In this document: in pieces, positions 62,622-64,000 of the stretch | Numbering within the stretch: position 1 is the first letter of the stretch | Layout: the number at the start of each line of letters is the position of its first letter | Translations under genes and position numbers: made by a program | The notes under the pieces: generated by a model | What the model was told of the DNA's origin: nothing | The model's input: only the letters and a program-made list of their open reading frames with translations | Database searches by the model: none | DNA from: Vicugna vicugna | Taxonomy: Eukaryota | Reading direction: 5' to 3' | DNA length: 64,000 bases | Assembly: GCA_013265495.1 (NCBI GenBank) | Contig: MU060263.1 | Span: forward strand, 3,856,878-3,920,877

Positions 62622-63140
62622 CATTACTGAATCTAAACTCGTTCTGCTCACTGCAAGACAGACCAATAAATAGGGGATGAGGTGTTGGAGCAAGGAATAA
62701 AAGACTTCACTTGGAAAGCCAGCAGCCCAAGAAGACGGCAGACTAATGTCCCGGAGAACCATCTTCCCCAAGTCAGAATTCAGGCTGCTTTTACCCTGAA
62801 AAGGGGAGGGGCTATGGTTGGTTGTTGCAAACTTCTTGGTGTCAGAATCCTTTGTTCTTGCATCTGTCCACGTAGGTCAGGTCATGATGTTCCTGCAAAC
62901 CTCCAACAGGACGAATATTATTTCCTTTTCTGCAACTTTTTATCTTTATATGAATGGGAAAGTGTTAATACCCTTAAAGGTCAGAGCTTGAGAATGGGTA
63001 GACTGTCTATTTCAGGCCCTAGGCAACATTCTTTTACAAAAGGTGCAGAACCGGCACAACTAAGCCCAGGAAACAGAGCGCAGGGTTAGAGCCAAAGGAA
63101 CAGGGCTAATATGCAGTCAGATTTGTTCTTTGCTCCTACA
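62622..63140 (-). mobile_element. ERV1-type LTR inserted into a MER21-like LTR
   Basis: ttactgaatctaaactcgttctgctc...ccaataaat...gatttgttctttgctcctaCA. Confidence 0.7.
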
Positions 63141-63676
63141 GAGTGGCCTGTATCTCTGGCTTCTGGGAGCTAACCGCCAAGCCCTTGGGATGGTCCACCT
63201 GATAGAAGTGCCTTTGTTTACCTGGGTCTTGGGCTGTGCCAAATAATTTGCACTGACAATGTGATCTGTGGTGGAGCCCTGGGACCAAGCAGTTATCAGC
63301 TGCCCCAGGGGACTGGATATGAAAGTCAGCCACGTGTGTAATCTGCTTTGTGTCTGTGCGACTGACCCCCATAAAAACTCTGGACATCAAGGGTTGGATG
63401 AGTGCCCTTGGTTGGCAACACCCAGTGTGTTCTGTCTCACGTGGTGGCTGAGAGAAGTAAGCACTGTCCTGATGTCACTGGAAGAGGACAAGAGGCAGCT
63501 CATACCTGGACCTATCCTGGAACCTTCCCCATGCCCTTCTTGTTGCTGATTTTGATCTGTGAGCTTTGGCTGTACTAAATCACAACTGTGAGAATGATAG
63601 CTTTGCTGGGTTCTGCAGGTCTTTTTGTTGAATTACTGAAGCTGAGGTTGGTCTTGTAGACTCCCCTGAACTTACA
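63141..63676 (+). mobile_element. MER21C-like LTR (main part; 5' stub at ~62595-62621)
   Basis: ggcttctgggagctaacc..aagcccttgg...cccataaaaactctggacatcaag...ggaagaggacaa...gctgattttgatctgt...ctgaacttaCA. Confidence 0.8.
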
Positions 63677-64000
63677 CTTGGAGAACAGGCAGCATAGGAG
63701 AGGGCTCTGTGGCAGAAAATGCGAGAAAATGTGGAATGGGTCACTACCTCTGGTTCCCCCTGGACCCTCACCCCTGCCCCAGCCCCTCCATCCTGCCACT
63801 GGCATGGGGTCATGTCTCTAAGGATCCTGCATCTTCACATCAGTCCCTCAAGTCTCAAAATCTGGGGAGGGAGCATCTGACTGGCTGAGCCTGGATCCTG
63901 TCTTTGTCCGCTGGTTGCCTAGGGGCCTGGAGAGGGTTTTTGTGGTCGAGGGACCATGCCTCCTACCTGGCTCCAAACAATGGGGGATTCCTCCACCCCC

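Noticed and set aside
48790-64000. Exons of a downstream gene (PROM1 in human synteny)
   Set aside because: No exon-like sequence or recognisable peptide; the interval is mostly repeats.
1-64000. CRISPR arrays, rRNA/tRNA genes or prokaryotic defence systems
   Set aside because: No regularly spaced repeat-spacer array, no cloverleaf or rRNA signature and no operon-like coding density; this is intron-rich mammalian DNA.

Overview
Mammalian genomic DNA. Positions 1 to ~48.8 kb are the body of TAPT1 on the + strand. TAPT1 is a multi-pass ER membrane protein of the yeast Emp65/DUF747 family. I traced 12 coding exons by hand (exons 3-14 in human numbering); they splice into one open frame of 1362 nt (453 aa + stop) ending ...DRFTICGNRID*. 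Exons 1-2 were not found and should lie upstream of the window. A 3' UTR with several AATAAA signals follows, then ~15 kb of repeat-dense intergenic DNA (ERV solo LTRs, MaLR, L1, L2, MIR, Tigger, MER5A). The young L1 3' ends resemble camelid L1, and I saw no Alu, B1, Bov-A or PRE-1 SINEs, so the source is probably a camelid (inference). There are three N-gaps. No prokaryotic-type system, CRISPR array, rRNA or tRNA gene is supported, and I did not find a wholly new biological system. The best leads are: (1) a U12-type minor intron in the middle of TAPT1; (2) an apparent shift of the last-exon acceptor that removes four residues and leaves a NAGNAG; (3) an ancient L2 turned into a CpG-island-like patch, plus a GC3-rich exon 4, both suggesting local GC-biased gene conversion; (4) a poly(A)-only retro-insertion with a perfect 15-bp TSD; (5) a diverged ~140-bp intronic duplication; (6) a candidate poison exon; (7) solo LTRs with intact promoter motifs facing the TAPT1 3' end. 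Repeat family names and human comparisons come from memory, not from a database search.
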